Shown here: positions 1-11,967 of the stretch, one piece after another
How positions within the stretch are numbered: the stretch's first letter is position 1
Layout of the letters: every line of letters begins with the position of its first letter
NCBI RefSeq assembly: GCF_008831285.2
Contig: NC_045138.2
Location: forward strand, 32,240,001 to 32,304,000
Length of the DNA stretch: 64,000 nt
Direction: 5' to 3'
Origin: Nymphaea colorata
Lineage: Eukaryota
Translations under genes and position numbers: made by a program
The notes under the pieces: generated by a model
The model's database searches: none
The model's input: only the letters and a program-made list of their open reading frames with translations
What the model was told of the DNA's origin: nothing

Positions 1-1123
1 GCTTTTTCTAACAGTATGAAAGGGTGGGTTTGTTTTTTGTTATTACTAATTTTTTAGGTGTATTTTTTGAAAATTTCTTCAAAAAACAAAAGGAAACTAG
101 AGGAAAAAAAATGTAGTAAGATGTGCAACTCTAAGCTTAGCCCCTGAGGCTCATGAGTCGCTACCAAGATTTTAGTTGCCACACAAAGATCTCTGTCCAC
201 TATTTTTTTCAAAAAGAAAAATATTATAACTTGGGCTCTCATTGCACATTATCTTGGCACTTGCTTTTCAAATGAAAAGAAACTAATTCAGATGAGGGGC
301 GTAGTGTAGTTGGTTGGGCTGGCCAATCTTTGAGAGCTCGGTCGTCAGCTTGATTTGCATAGCCGTTACCCCTTTTGATGGCAAATAGTGGCAGTGCGAC
401 ACTATAGTTGACGGGTATATCATAGGTCCACTTGCATCTTAAAGTTGCCGTGAACCCCAGGGTGAGGGGGAGGGGGGAAGCTTTCAGCCCTTCTTCGGGC
501 AGGTTTTGCTTACCCAAGGGACTAATCCACATAGAATCCGAGACACATTTAAACAAATAAAAATTTGTTAAATCTGTATAAGCCATATGAGAGAAATAAA
601 AGAAAGAAATAAAGAAACCTTACCTGGGCTAGATAGCATCTTGTGAATGCTAGAAATTCAAGCTAACACATTCATTTACAGAAAACTTGAGTTAAAAAAA
701 AAGTAAAAAAAAAAAGGTTGAGCTACCCTTGGATGGGCTTGAAGAAGGATTTAGCTTGCTATAGGCTGAGCCCACTTTGTCAAAGATCACATGAGCCTGC
801 TTCACTAGGTTCTATTAAGGGAGTCTACGGTATTATTTATAGTCTAGGGATCAGGTTGGGCTGGGCTAGATTAGAAAAAACAAATATTTTGAATGTCTTA
901 AATGAATGGAATCATGGAAAGCTACCTTTGCTTATAATTTCCAATAGATGACAATGGGAGAATTTTGAAGAATACAGAAAAGAAAGACCTAAATGTGCAA
1001 GCAATGACGTTAAATACGCTATTCATGAATGCAAATCAAATAATTGGCCAAAATATCACAAAAGATCATATTATTATCAATATCATGGATGTGACAATAA
1101 GTCCAAGGACAACTTGGGTAGCT

Positions 1124-1480
1124 TAGGGCGGTACAATGAATCGAGCCAACTTGAACTTGCTCAGTTAAGCTCGACTCGAGCTGGAGTCATTTGTTAAATA
1201 GTTGAGTTTGAGCTTAACTGAAAACTCGATCTTATAAACGAGCCGAGTTACATGAGCTTGACTCGATTAAACTTGAGTAAGCTCATTTACTCTAAAGTTT
1301 CTTTAAAAAGTTCCACACTTAATACGAAGGAAAGAGATCAGGACAAAATGGGAGTTGGTAAACAAGCTCAAACAAGTCGAGCTCAAGCTGCCACTCGGTC
1401 TATCGAGTCAAGCATAAACTGACCTTGTACAACTTGACTTGTGCTTGAGTCGAGCTCGACTTGACTCATGTACAGCCCTA
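1124..1480. mobile_element. hAT-like MITE with (T)CGAGC subterminal repeats
   Basis: TIR TAGGGCGGTACA / TGTACAGCCCTA (11/12 match), many CGAGC/GCTCG motifs; TSD decayed. Confidence 0.65.
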
Positions 1481-2036
1481 GCCAAGCATAGGCGACAAGA
1501 CAAAGAGGACGACATGAGTTGTCGCTGGCAATGCTCAAGCCTGACTTTTAGCTAGGTGTGAAATTGGCATTTCTTGGGCTTATTGAAAGATTTAAACCTA
1601 ATGTGGTCCATCTTTTTTTGTGAGAGGTGTCTAGATAACATGATTTTGAGCGTTAAAACTCTACTTAAAGTGAGAATATCTAGACATTTCGAGATTATTC
1701 CTAAAATGTGTTTAGTGTTATCAAACTTGAAAATTTGTGTGTCAACTAAAAGATACTATCTGTTTTGAAATTACTTAGGCCAGATTCATGTAATTAAACC
1801 CAAGCTTGAAGGTTGGAAGTGCATGTTAGGCGCAATTTGCTCCATTTTGGTTTAAGAACACAAGTTACACGATTCCGAGACCAAATTCCATAAGATAGAA
1901 TAAGCCAAAAAGGCTAGAAGATTTCATATTCATAGTAGCCAAAATCTCCTAAGTTCCTAACCATACGGTTGATGATGTATTGGAATGTTCAAGAAAGGCT
2001 ACAGGAGGGGAAAAATGGATATCATATTTGAAACAT

Positions 2037-2230
2037 CACTACAAAAAAAGGTGGATTCTCTGACGGCCAAAAAACATTGGTAAAACTTTCACTGACATTT
2101 TCTCGACACGCATTGTTGCATTGACTGGTGTAGACATCTTCACTGATGCGTCACAAACGTAGTTAAATAAACTATTGATGAACGTTGGTAATAATAAAGT
2201 TTCACTTACAGCCCACAGAGCAAACTCAAC
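2037..2230. mobile_element. CACTA transposon terminus fragment
   Basis: CACTACAAAAAAAG followed by repeated CTGAC/TTGGTAA subterminal-like motifs; partner end not found, right end approximate. Confidence 0.45.
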
Positions 2231-2288
2231 ATCCATACTCGTTTAGTTCATTGAAATGCTTATACTACTGGTCATGGTTCATCTTATC

Positions 2289-2409
2289 GAGGGTGTTTGG
2301 TGACGGGAAATCTGTGTTGTTTGGAACCGAGTGTTTCATCAATGTGTAAACATATTCAATAGAACCCATGCATGGAACACTGAGTTCTTTTCTGCTACCA
2401 AACGCCCTC
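2289..2409. mobile_element. Tourist/PIF-like MITE
   Basis: TIR GAGGGTGTTTGGT / ACCAAACGCCCTC (12/13 match), TAA on the right flank only. Confidence 0.55.
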
Positions 2410-2469
2410 TAAGTGCCTAGAACCTTGCCTTAAAAAATTTCTGTTGGCATCTCTTTGATGCTCTCGAGC

Positions 2470-2990
2470 AGACTATATTTGAGATTCAACTCTAAGGGGC
2501 CAAGTAGTCCAATGCATGACTTCTCTATCTGATGAAAAGAGACAATGATATGCTCAACACTTCTCTTGAATGATGCTGTTTCTGCATTAATCAACTCCTG
2601 TTTTTATTGCTTGACTATTGCCCTTGGGCCAAGCATGAGTAATTTTCTTTTGCACCTGGAAACGACACCATTGTTCTCTCGCCCACCTGCAACAGCAAGC
2701 AGCTGCTATAAAGATTTTAACCATTAGAAAAACAAATGATGGTTGAAGGAAGCGGTTCATGAATCAGATAGAAACCATCTGCAGTGCCCCCGATCATCCC
2801 AGACTGCTCTCTTTCCATTACACTGTTGAGAAGCAGAGGTATAGGCACCTGTTGGAAACTGCTTCTCCCCAACTCGAGGCTAGCGATTGACAAAAAGTAG
2901 CCTCCAGGTACTTGCATGTCAAGCCAAAAGGTACAGCATGAGTTCAAATTCCACGCACGCCCAGTGGAGTATATAGGAATGCATGCAATT
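2470..2990 (-). pseudogene. Possible F-box-associated domain gene remnant
   Basis: The minus frame reads IYSTGRAW...FWL...SIASLELGRSSFQQVPIP, reminiscent of F-box C-terminal VYS-x4-W...I-x2-FDL-x2-E-x-F-x2-IPLP motifs; a stop and a frameshift follow. Confidence 0.3.
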
Positions 2991-3494
2991 TCTCCATTTT
3001 CATAGTAAAAAAATTAATTCGCACTTAGGAACATAGTATGGTTGGTCGAACTGAGTGTCATGTTCACATGTTCACGATACATCATCTCATCTCAACTATA
3101 AAATGGTGGTATGCATTACACTCGAGTTAAAGGTTACACAATAATAGGATCACCCAAATCCCTGTAAATCCTGGGAAAGGGGGAAGAGATGGCTTTGCCT
3201 TGCCCGAACTGCCATCATAAAAAGTAACCGGAACTTGACCAGTGTAAGTAAGATTAAGAAGAAAAAAAACTTAAAAGATCCTTACTCTTGGGGGATTCTA
3301 TTTTCATTGTACAAATAACTGAAACTTGACCAGTGAAATATTAAAAAACAAAAAGTTTTTTTTACATCCTTTGTCTTGAGGGATATTTGACAGGTGGGGG
3401 TTAGGCAAATACTTGCCGGAATATGCCAAGAGATGCAGATGGGTTATTCAACTTGAAGAATAGCCAAGTACAACCCTTTAGCTGGGTCAAATTT

Positions 3495-3710
3495 CACTAC
3501 AAAAAAAGAGCAGGGACCAACGCGTGGAAAGGAGGACGTTGGTGAAACCGCATTTTTACTGACGTCCATGATGCCGTGTGGCTGAAGATCGAGTTTCACG
3601 ACAACGCTCAACCAACGGCACATTAACGGCTACAAGAAACGAGAAATGCATCTGGTAACAAATGCTGACAATAAGGTAAGATATTCTTGACAAATTTATT
3701 GTGAGTAGTG
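3495..3710. mobile_element. Small degenerate CACTA element
   Basis: CACTACAAAAAAAG at 3495 and GTAGTG ending at 3710; 3-bp flanks TTT/CTT imperfect. Confidence 0.45.
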
Positions 3711-4267
3711 CTTGTAACGATCAAGAAGCTAAATATAAGTTCACTTCTAATCTTAAAACCTTCACTGCTGAGCAAGGATAAGTTCGTTTAGTAAATGTTT
3801 CTTGGAAATTATTTCTCAACATACCCCTAAAGCGTGGAAAAATAAAATTTTAAAAGCTTGAGAACCGTGTGAGATTTTTAATTTGCACCTCTAATCTTAA
3901 TTATATTATTTCCACTTGAAACTATCGTTTACATATTTATTAAAATTTTGAATAGTTATATTCTTTTAATACTTTAAATTCTGATCAAGCCATGATCAGA
4001 AAGTTAGGCGTGGTAGACTTGATAAAAGAAGGTGGAGAGATTAGAAAGAGACCTTTTATGCACATATTTTTTAATCCTTTTGATTAACCGTGATTTTCAA
4101 ATGTTATGTATATACACATATATAAATACACGTTAAATAATTAAAAGATTAAGTTTTTTTTACGATGCCTCTTCGTCTTTCATGTGTCCAAAATGTCCCT
4201 TTTGCCCATCGTGTCAACTAAGATTTTAAGTGTGTGTGGTGCCTTGAATTTATGGGTCCGTCCTAAG

Positions 4268-4460
4268 CAGAAGGCGGAAACAGGGGGCCTGGCACAGGTC
4301 TGGTCTTCCCCTTCCCTAATTTTTTTTTAATTTACATGTAAATTTTTAAAAAATTCATTTGTCCTACATAAAAATTTTGAAAAATAGCATTTTAATTCCC
4401 GTCAAAATTTTGAAACTATAATTCGACATCCATCATCAAAAATTCCGGGCTCCACCTTTG
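4268..4460. mobile_element. hAT MITE (CAGNGGCGGA-TIR family)
   Basis: Degenerate TIRs; TSD GTCCTAAG/GCCCTAAG (1 mismatch). Confidence 0.7.
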
Positions 4461-4794
4461 GCCCTAAGTCTTGGCTTTATTGGATCCAGCTAAGACCGAG
4501 TCGAATTTTGGACGCGAAGTGGACTATTAGGGGCGTGATAGATGGGCCCTGGTTAAGGGTGGGGGCAAATTAACGCCAATTATTGAGCTAGGGTTTTTAG
4601 TTGGCTGTATGCTAATGACATCCAACCGTGTGCACAGCCTTTTTACCTTTACACGGAGGAGGCAGATTGATGGCAACATTTGGGGCACAAAAAGAGGGCA
4701 GTACTTTGATTTTGATTGTTGAAAAGTAGTCAATGTTTCATATTGGACTTTATCGGCCAGCCAATTACCTTTTAGTAAGAGAGAGAACATTTTA

Positions 4795-4832
<38 letters not shown>

Positions 4833-5297
4833 GGGAGCTAATTAGATCCAGCCACATTAGCCTCAACAACTGCAAGCTAAATTATCGAATCGATGATACA
4901 CAGCCTGGTTGCACTACCCATCACTTGAAGAGAGAGAGACTCTTTTGTGGTAAAACACTTATCTAGAGTCACCCAACCATCTTATCAGGACAGTCTATAT
5001 GAAGTATATGGATGGTCCAGAGAAAAAAAAGAAGAAAATAGTGTAAACAAATATTAGATGACGAAAATTTATATCACCTTTTTCTCTTTGTTTAATTTTC
5101 TCTTACCGTCCATCATGTTGGATCGGACAGCTCTGATTAAATGGCTGGATGATTCTGAAAAGCTATAGTCACCATTCAATCTTTTGTTCACATGTCATTA
5201 CATCATATATCTAGTTGACTACAATCCATGTTCTTGGGAGGACTTCCGTAAAAAGCTTATCTTCAAGTTTAGATTAGAGCTTTTGACAACATATATA

Positions 5298-5487
5298 TAG
5301 GCCGAAGCCAGGATTTTTTTCAAAGGTGGGCCAAACGGTTTGGAACTTATCCGAGTATGGCCAAATTAAACTCGAATTTAACAAATACATTACACAACTA
5401 AAATTTTTTAATTTTTGTAATGTTTTTTTTTTTGAATTAGTTAGGGTAGGGCCATGGCCTAGGGAGTCCCCCCTCCCTTCGCCCCTG
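5298..5487. mobile_element. hAT MITE (CAGNGGCGGA-TIR family)
   Basis: Ends TAGGCCGAAGCC...CTTCGCCCCTG; perfect TSD CATATATA. Confidence 0.75.
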
Positions 5488-8400
5488 CATATATAGGATC
5501 ACAAGGCATTGGACCTCAAGAGTAGAACTTAGATCCGAGCAGAGAACCATAGACCTATTGAGTAGATCCTTGGCTTCACTGAGTGAATATAACCTAGTTT
5601 GATAAATCATGGATTTTGGTGTAGAACTTTTGGTATATCTATAAAGTAAGCCATGCCATGTCCCATTGGGAGAGCCAGAAGGGCACTTGCTTAATTTGAA
5701 TGCAAAATCCGCTCTCACGCACATACATCTTTTCTAGTTTTAATATTTATTTAGATGAAACTGATTTCGGTGTAAAAACCCTAACATCATACTTTTTGCT
5801 TCTAAGGTTCTAGTTTACTTTGGGGTTTGAGTGGACTTACGGTATATCCTTCAACTAGAGTGTCACACTTCTCACTATTTTCAGTTTATATAAATAATGC
5901 ATTAAAGCGTGGCAACAACCATATGATTCAAACCTCAAACCCTTTCTATCTAGCCGCTTTGCCACTTAGTTGTCAAAAGAAACTAATAAGGATTTGTGTC
6001 TAAATCCATGTTCGCTAATTAAAAACAGCAAAAAAAGCAAGGGAAAGAATTTATACTGCTAGAGAGAGAGAGGATCAATAAATTTCTCCCATTCCTTGTC
6101 AAGCTGGTTACATGCACACTCTGCACATAAAAAAAATTTGGTGCATAGAAGTACAATGACTAAAATACCCTTATTGAAATAATAAAAACAAACTTTCTAA
6201 GGAGTAAAAAAAGGATTGTAAAAAAGTAAAAATGTCTACTTAAAAAAAAAAAAAATCAAAAATGCCTTCACCGGCCTTTAGTGCATATTTATTGCGTGCA
6301 CACGACTCAATCTGGTTCCCTGTTCAGTGATTTCGCGCCGGGGAAGCAACTCAGGCGTTGGGAAGCTCCGGTGGGCCATTCTCGTTCCGCGTTGACCCTC
6401 AAAATTTACCACAGTTGAGAATGTGGCATCTTGTTTTAGAGCCTCCTGAAACATTTTGTGGGTTTGATTTTTCTGGTGGTCGCCATGGTTTCACGCGTAG
6501 GCGTCTGTGCTCCGCTGGTGTCCTCAGCCGAGGGGGCCAACTTAGCTGTCCTGATTGCTTCCTTACTTCTTCCTTTCTTTTTGTTTGGTGTCGACGTGAA
6601 GCAGCATCCTCCTCTCTATCCTTTTCTCCTTCTTTCTTTTTCTTCACTGCTTCTGCTTTGGTAGGTATCAACATGCCAGAGAGAAGGTTTAGGACAAGTG
6701 TGAGTGTGACTGCTGTTCATGGTACGGTACGCACTGAATCACAACCTCAAGTTTCAAAGCAAGAGAAAACATGTATATAATTGAATGTATTTGTGTGTTG
6801 GATGTTGTCGGATGATTAAACATTTTAAAAATTTTCATGCCAACAGACAGTATAGCATTGCATGCAGATAGATATACACATGTTCCCTTAGAGTTCACTT
6901 GGTTAATGGAAGGGTTACATACAATTCCATGAACATGCTCCAAAAATTGGGATAGATTCATGAACCATTGGCTTTAAAGTTTCATGAATCATCCCCAATT
7001 TTTAGGACAAGTTCATGGAACAACAGTAAGTAACTGCTAGATGAGTCAAATAACCACTTAGATTCTAGCTGGTATTCCAAGTGAAATTTAACCATTATAA
7101 ATCAATGTAAAATATATACTCCACGAAGAAAAATGAAAAATAGTTGTATATTTGATGTTACAAAGTTCAAAATCAATTCTTTGGTCACGCATCTAATTTC
7201 AACTCTTTCTTTTCCACTTATATAATACAATTTTAGACCAATATATATATATATAATTGTTAGATACCAAACAACTTAGGTAAAGGATAAAAACCAAACT
7301 TATTAAATTCATGTTAGAAAGCGTTTTAAACAACATGCAAACCTGCTAATGTGTTTATAAACACTAATTCAATATAAATCATGTTTTAGTACAAGTTATT
7401 TTTGTAAAATATTACCAAAATTTTATATATTATAAGAACAATTCATTTTTTATTATTAACAAAACATTATTTAAGTAAAAAAACAACTAAGTTGACATAC
7501 GTGTCCCTTCAAACCACTGTAAGATCGCATCTATAAGGTTAGATTGAACAAAAAAAAATTAACAATGAATTAATTTTTAATAGATTTGGTTTTTGATTCT
7601 TACCCAAGTAAATTGCTTTTACCAATATATATATTGGCTTCCCACACGCATCTCTGGCATGTAGCAATTAGATAAGTACTGGCTTTGCAGGCATCTTGCT
7701 ATGCCACCATGCTGCACTTTAATTAAGATTGTCTCATTGGGAATCTTCTTGGCGTTTTATGAGTGGTGGTGGCCACTACTTTCTTCCTCCTTCTCTTTCA
7801 ATTTCTCCTGCGCATATAAAATAATAGTTGCTACTGCACGTATGCGCTGAAGTGAGGGATCGAATTTGATGGGAAAGCGTGTCTACCGATCACGCGTATG
7901 ACTTATTCTACAGTGGCTTGTGGGTCTTCTTCTATTATTATTCCAGTGAAAGGTGGGGCTCAATATAATTGGTCGGCCCCAGATGGGCGCGCTTGTTTGA
8001 TTTTTGTGGGTGTTATTGTTTTGAACTGTAAAAAGTAAAATCCTACTGTTTGAATTGATTGTACATCACCTAAGTTTCAATACAGTTCAGACCTTCGAAA
8101 TAAGGAAAGAAGGGATGGGGTACCTTTTATGTCTGTTTCTTCAAATAAAACAGTTAATTGTTAAATCATCAAAAAGAAAGACTAAAGAATTCTTGATTAG
8201 TTTCAAATAGATGCAATTGGCCATATGGGAATGGATAGATTCATTGGTATTCAGTTTCTTAACATTCATTTTGTTAGATAGTACCGTAATGTCGAGTAAA
8301 CTCAAAACTACTTTCCTTTCCATCCGTAAGATGGAGTTTTAGGTCTCATTTCATGCACAAGAAAAATACTATGGAAGGATGGATTTTTTTTTTTTAAAGT

Positions 8401-8810
8401 TTGTATGGTTTTTTTCTACAACATCAAACACAAAAATTTTACCATGCATTTTTCATTGAATTCAGAAAAACTTTGTACGCAAAAAGGTCAGACATCTCTA
8501 GGTCCGACTTTTTCTATCAAACTTTTTTTCACTAAAATTTCTTTCTTCTTCTATCTATTGAAAATTTTACCATGCAAAAAACTTTCTTCAAATGAGCCAC
8601 CCAATGTAAAGCGACCACAAAAGTTGAAGTGGTAGAGGGTAGTATGCCTAGCCAGTCGTATCATACTTTAAATTGATTTGACACATAATGTTGGTATCCA
8701 AGTCCGGGTTTATCAATTCCATCCTCTCTAATTCTTCTTTCCAAGTGTCTATTTTTCCATATAAATATAGTTGTAAAAAAAAAAAGAACAAATTAGCAGT
8801 GAGGAGAAAT

Positions 8811-9280
8811 GGAAATATTTCAAATTGAGTTATGGCTCGACATTTATTCATTAAATTGACAGTTGATTTGAGCCATTAGATTTTTAAATTGAATGGCTCA
8901 AATGTTATATTTGTTTTATTATTTTATTATTATTTTTTAAGATCTTTTCTCTTCTTGATCTAGCTTCCCTCCCTCCCACTTATATCAAACCGGTGAGGCA
9001 TTGGCCGGTGGCAGTGTAGATGGATGAATTATTCCACCCATCTTTTGTTAAAACGAAAGAGAGAAGAGAGACGCGGCCGCCGGTGCCTTTCGCCGGCCCG
9101 TTGGGTCTCCGCCATTCCGATGGAAGTGAAAAGGAAAGGTGCCGGTGGCCACCGGCACTAGAGGATCAATAAGGAGAGAAACAAGTGCAAGGTCGGAGAG
9201 AGAGTGTGTGAAAAAAACTGTTAAAAAACAAATAAGGCAGCATCTCACTCAAATCAACTCTCAATTTGACAAATACATGT

Positions 9281-9314
<34 letters not shown>

Positions 9315-9376
9315 CTGACTCAAATCAACTCTCAATTTGACAAATACATGTTAGAGTTAAGCTTTTAGCATTCTTT
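8811..9376. mobile_element. Long-TIR MITE with GC-rich core (superfamily unresolved)
   Basis: AAATTGACAGTTGATTTGAG at ~8853 is inverted against CTCAAATCAACTCTCAATTT at ~9319; boundaries approximate. Confidence 0.5.
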
Positions 9377-9878
9377 ATATGTAGTATATATAGTGTTGGA
9401 AGAACTCAAAAAACAACTAAGTTTATTTTTCTTTGCCCAATAATTGAATGAGTTGTTTGGTTGTTCCAGATGAGGAGTTGCGAAATTTAATTCCTCTTTC
9501 TTTCACTTTACACATAGAAGCTTAATTGATTGAGCAAGAGAAGAAAGAGTTGTGACAGACGTTTCACTATTAATGTGTTGTCAAGGTTGGGCTTTGTATA
9601 CCTGTAAAGAAGAAAAATATGTCATATTTTCTCTCGATCTTAACAGCTAGCCTAACTATCATGTGTCTCTTCCTTTGCCTGTTAAATCACATTTCACAAA
9701 AGATACATTAAAGAGCTATGCACGGTTATTAAAAGTAATAAAAATTTTAGAGTGTTTATGGTAACTAATTAAATATCAAAATCATTGTTGACCATCCAAT
9801 TCAATGAAAGATGGACTTAATCTTCTGAGCTATCTCAACAATGGATTGTCTAGTTCTCCTCTGCACCTCCTCTCTTAT

Positions 9879-10045
9879 CAGTGGCGGAGCCAGAAAAATT
9901 AGCTGGAGGAGCACTTGTTTAAACAAACTCAAATCTGGTGGGGCACTAAGAATAAATATTTAAAATTTTTGTTTAAAAATAAAAAACTTTTAAGCGGCTG
10001 GTGTGTGCAACTGTCTATACCAGCCACAACGTGTTTACGCTACTG
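9879..10045. mobile_element. hAT MITE (CAGNGGCGGA-TIR family)
   Basis: CAGTGGCGGAGCC...TACGCTACTG; perfect TSD TCTCTTAT. Confidence 0.8.
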
Positions 10046-10076
10046 TCTCTTATGAATGCGTAGTTGTTCCTATAGA

Positions 10077-10274
10077 CACGGGCATAGCTAGAAATTTTTT
10101 ATGAGGGGGAGCCAATTATAATTTCAAAATTTTGATAGCAGCTGAAATATCATTTTGTAAAATTTTTATGTAGAATACATAAAACTTTTTATAATTTATA
10201 TGTAAATTAAAGAAACTTCTTTTTTTTTTTAAAGGGCCCAGGGTCCTGCTGACGCCCCCTTGGCTCTGCCCCTC
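10077..10274. mobile_element. hAT MITE (CAGNGGCGGA-TIR family)
   Basis: Right end TGGCTCTGCCCCTC; perfect TSD CCTATAGA; body is an inverted relative of 4268-4460. Confidence 0.78.
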
Positions 10275-10675
10275 CCTATAGATACACACATTTGTGCGAT
10301 GTCATACTCATTTAAAATGCTATAAAAATATTTGATAAGAAAAATAATTGTGTTTTTGTATCTGGAACATTATTTTCTTATTTTAGAAAACATTATATGA
10401 TCATGCATAGAATTTGATTGTTGATTAAAAACAACATAAAACAAGAACATTACGTTTTTAGATCATATCTTTGACAAACATGTGTTTGAAGAACATTTCT
10501 TCCTATCAAAGGCCCTTATGAGTTTTACAAAGACTTATAATGCCTTTCGACTTTATAATTTCTTTTGGCCAAATAGAACTTCTAGCTGCACAACCGTAAA
10601 ATTAACAAGGACTCGATTAGACAATGCCCGAGATTAGTTATTGAAATATACGTATTAGTTTTGGAAGTTGAGCAT

Positions 10676-10714
<39 letters not shown>

Positions 10715-10948
10715 CCGCGCTTAAAATAAAGGAAAAACAAGACTAATAGCTGTTTGAAAATTAAACACAGCTCCTTTGATGGTTGAAAGTACTTGCTTCT
10801 GCGCAACTCAACAGTTATTTGAATTCATCAGTTCAATTTGGTCTAATGAGCTAGCTGAAGCTAGTTAATATGACGTTGATTAATGGCCCAAAAGTTTATA
10901 CATATCTTCAACGATATTAAGGAAACATGCTTCTTAAATAATCTTTAT

Positions 10949-11385
10949 TAGGGATTCGGATCAGATTTTGATTGAAAAAGGTTGAATATGAAAGAAATTA
11001 GCTTAAGATCAGATTTAGATTTAAGAATTGATATCCAGTTAGATTCAAATTCATAGAGGTTTTAAGTAAATATCGTTTCAGATTTGGATTCAGTTTCAAA
11101 TATATATCTTACAGTATCCAATATCTAATGCATTTTAAAAGTTGCTTCTTAACACATCATAATGCCGTTCAGAATTGGTTGCCTATTCAAAATTTGGAGT
11201 CGGGAAGGGGATGGGAAAATAAAAGTCAGATTTGGATTGGGCTGGATGATAAAACAAAATTCAGATATAGTATACAATTTTCTTCATTCATATTCAAAAC
11301 CAAATTCAAATTAGAATATATGAAAATGAGGCAGATGTGATAAATGATACATGTGATCCGAATCCGATCTATTGACATACACCTG
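10949..11385. mobile_element. Degenerate MITE with TCGGAT/ATCCGA-type subterminal repeats
   Basis: Repeated TCAGAT/TTGGAT/ATCCGA motifs; similar tracts at ~13320-13530, 16190-16445, 29390-29535 and 35610-35820; ends unclear. Confidence 0.4.
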
Positions 11386-11920
11386 AATAAAGATGTTGTT
11401 ATACCTCGAAGGGTGCTAGCGTACTGGGCCTTCTCTAAGGACTCGTGTTCGAATCTTAGAGGAGTCACTGCCACGTCCCAGTGCGCTCTACTTTTAGACT
11501 GTAAAAGGTCTCGAAGCATGTTCCTTGAACTAAGTGGGGCGGCATAGGGGGGTAGTGGCTCTTAGGGGTAGTAGAATGAACCATAAAAAAAAAAAGATGT
11601 TATTATAAATATTTAAAAATTCCTAAAATATAAAATCCGGGCATATCCATGACCGACATCGGACTCACTGACGCGATGGAACAACAACCAACCATGAGCC
11701 AACCAAAAGTGCCCACTTGCAGTCTTGGCTGGATCATGGCTGTGCTCCTTGCATGGCCAACACAGAGAAAATGAACATCAGGGCCACTAACTAGTCACAT
11801 GCTCTCCAAGTGCATGCTAAAATGGTAGGCCTTGTTTTTGACCTTTTGCGCCCCGAAACCCAATAATAGGATGTGTACAACCTGTACCCGAACTCATCTT
11901 TTAGAAATTTTGCGAAAATA

Positions 11921-11967
11921 ATGATGATGGCGATGATGATGACGACGACGACGACGACGACGACGAT
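11921..11967. repeat. Compound (GAT)n(GAC)n trinucleotide repeat
   Basis: Directly visible; not inside a long ORF. Confidence 0.9.

Noticed and set aside
7636..7706. Short inverted repeat GGCATGTAGCAA...TTGCTATGCC
   Set aside because: The stem is too short for a pre-miRNA and matches no miRNA family I know.
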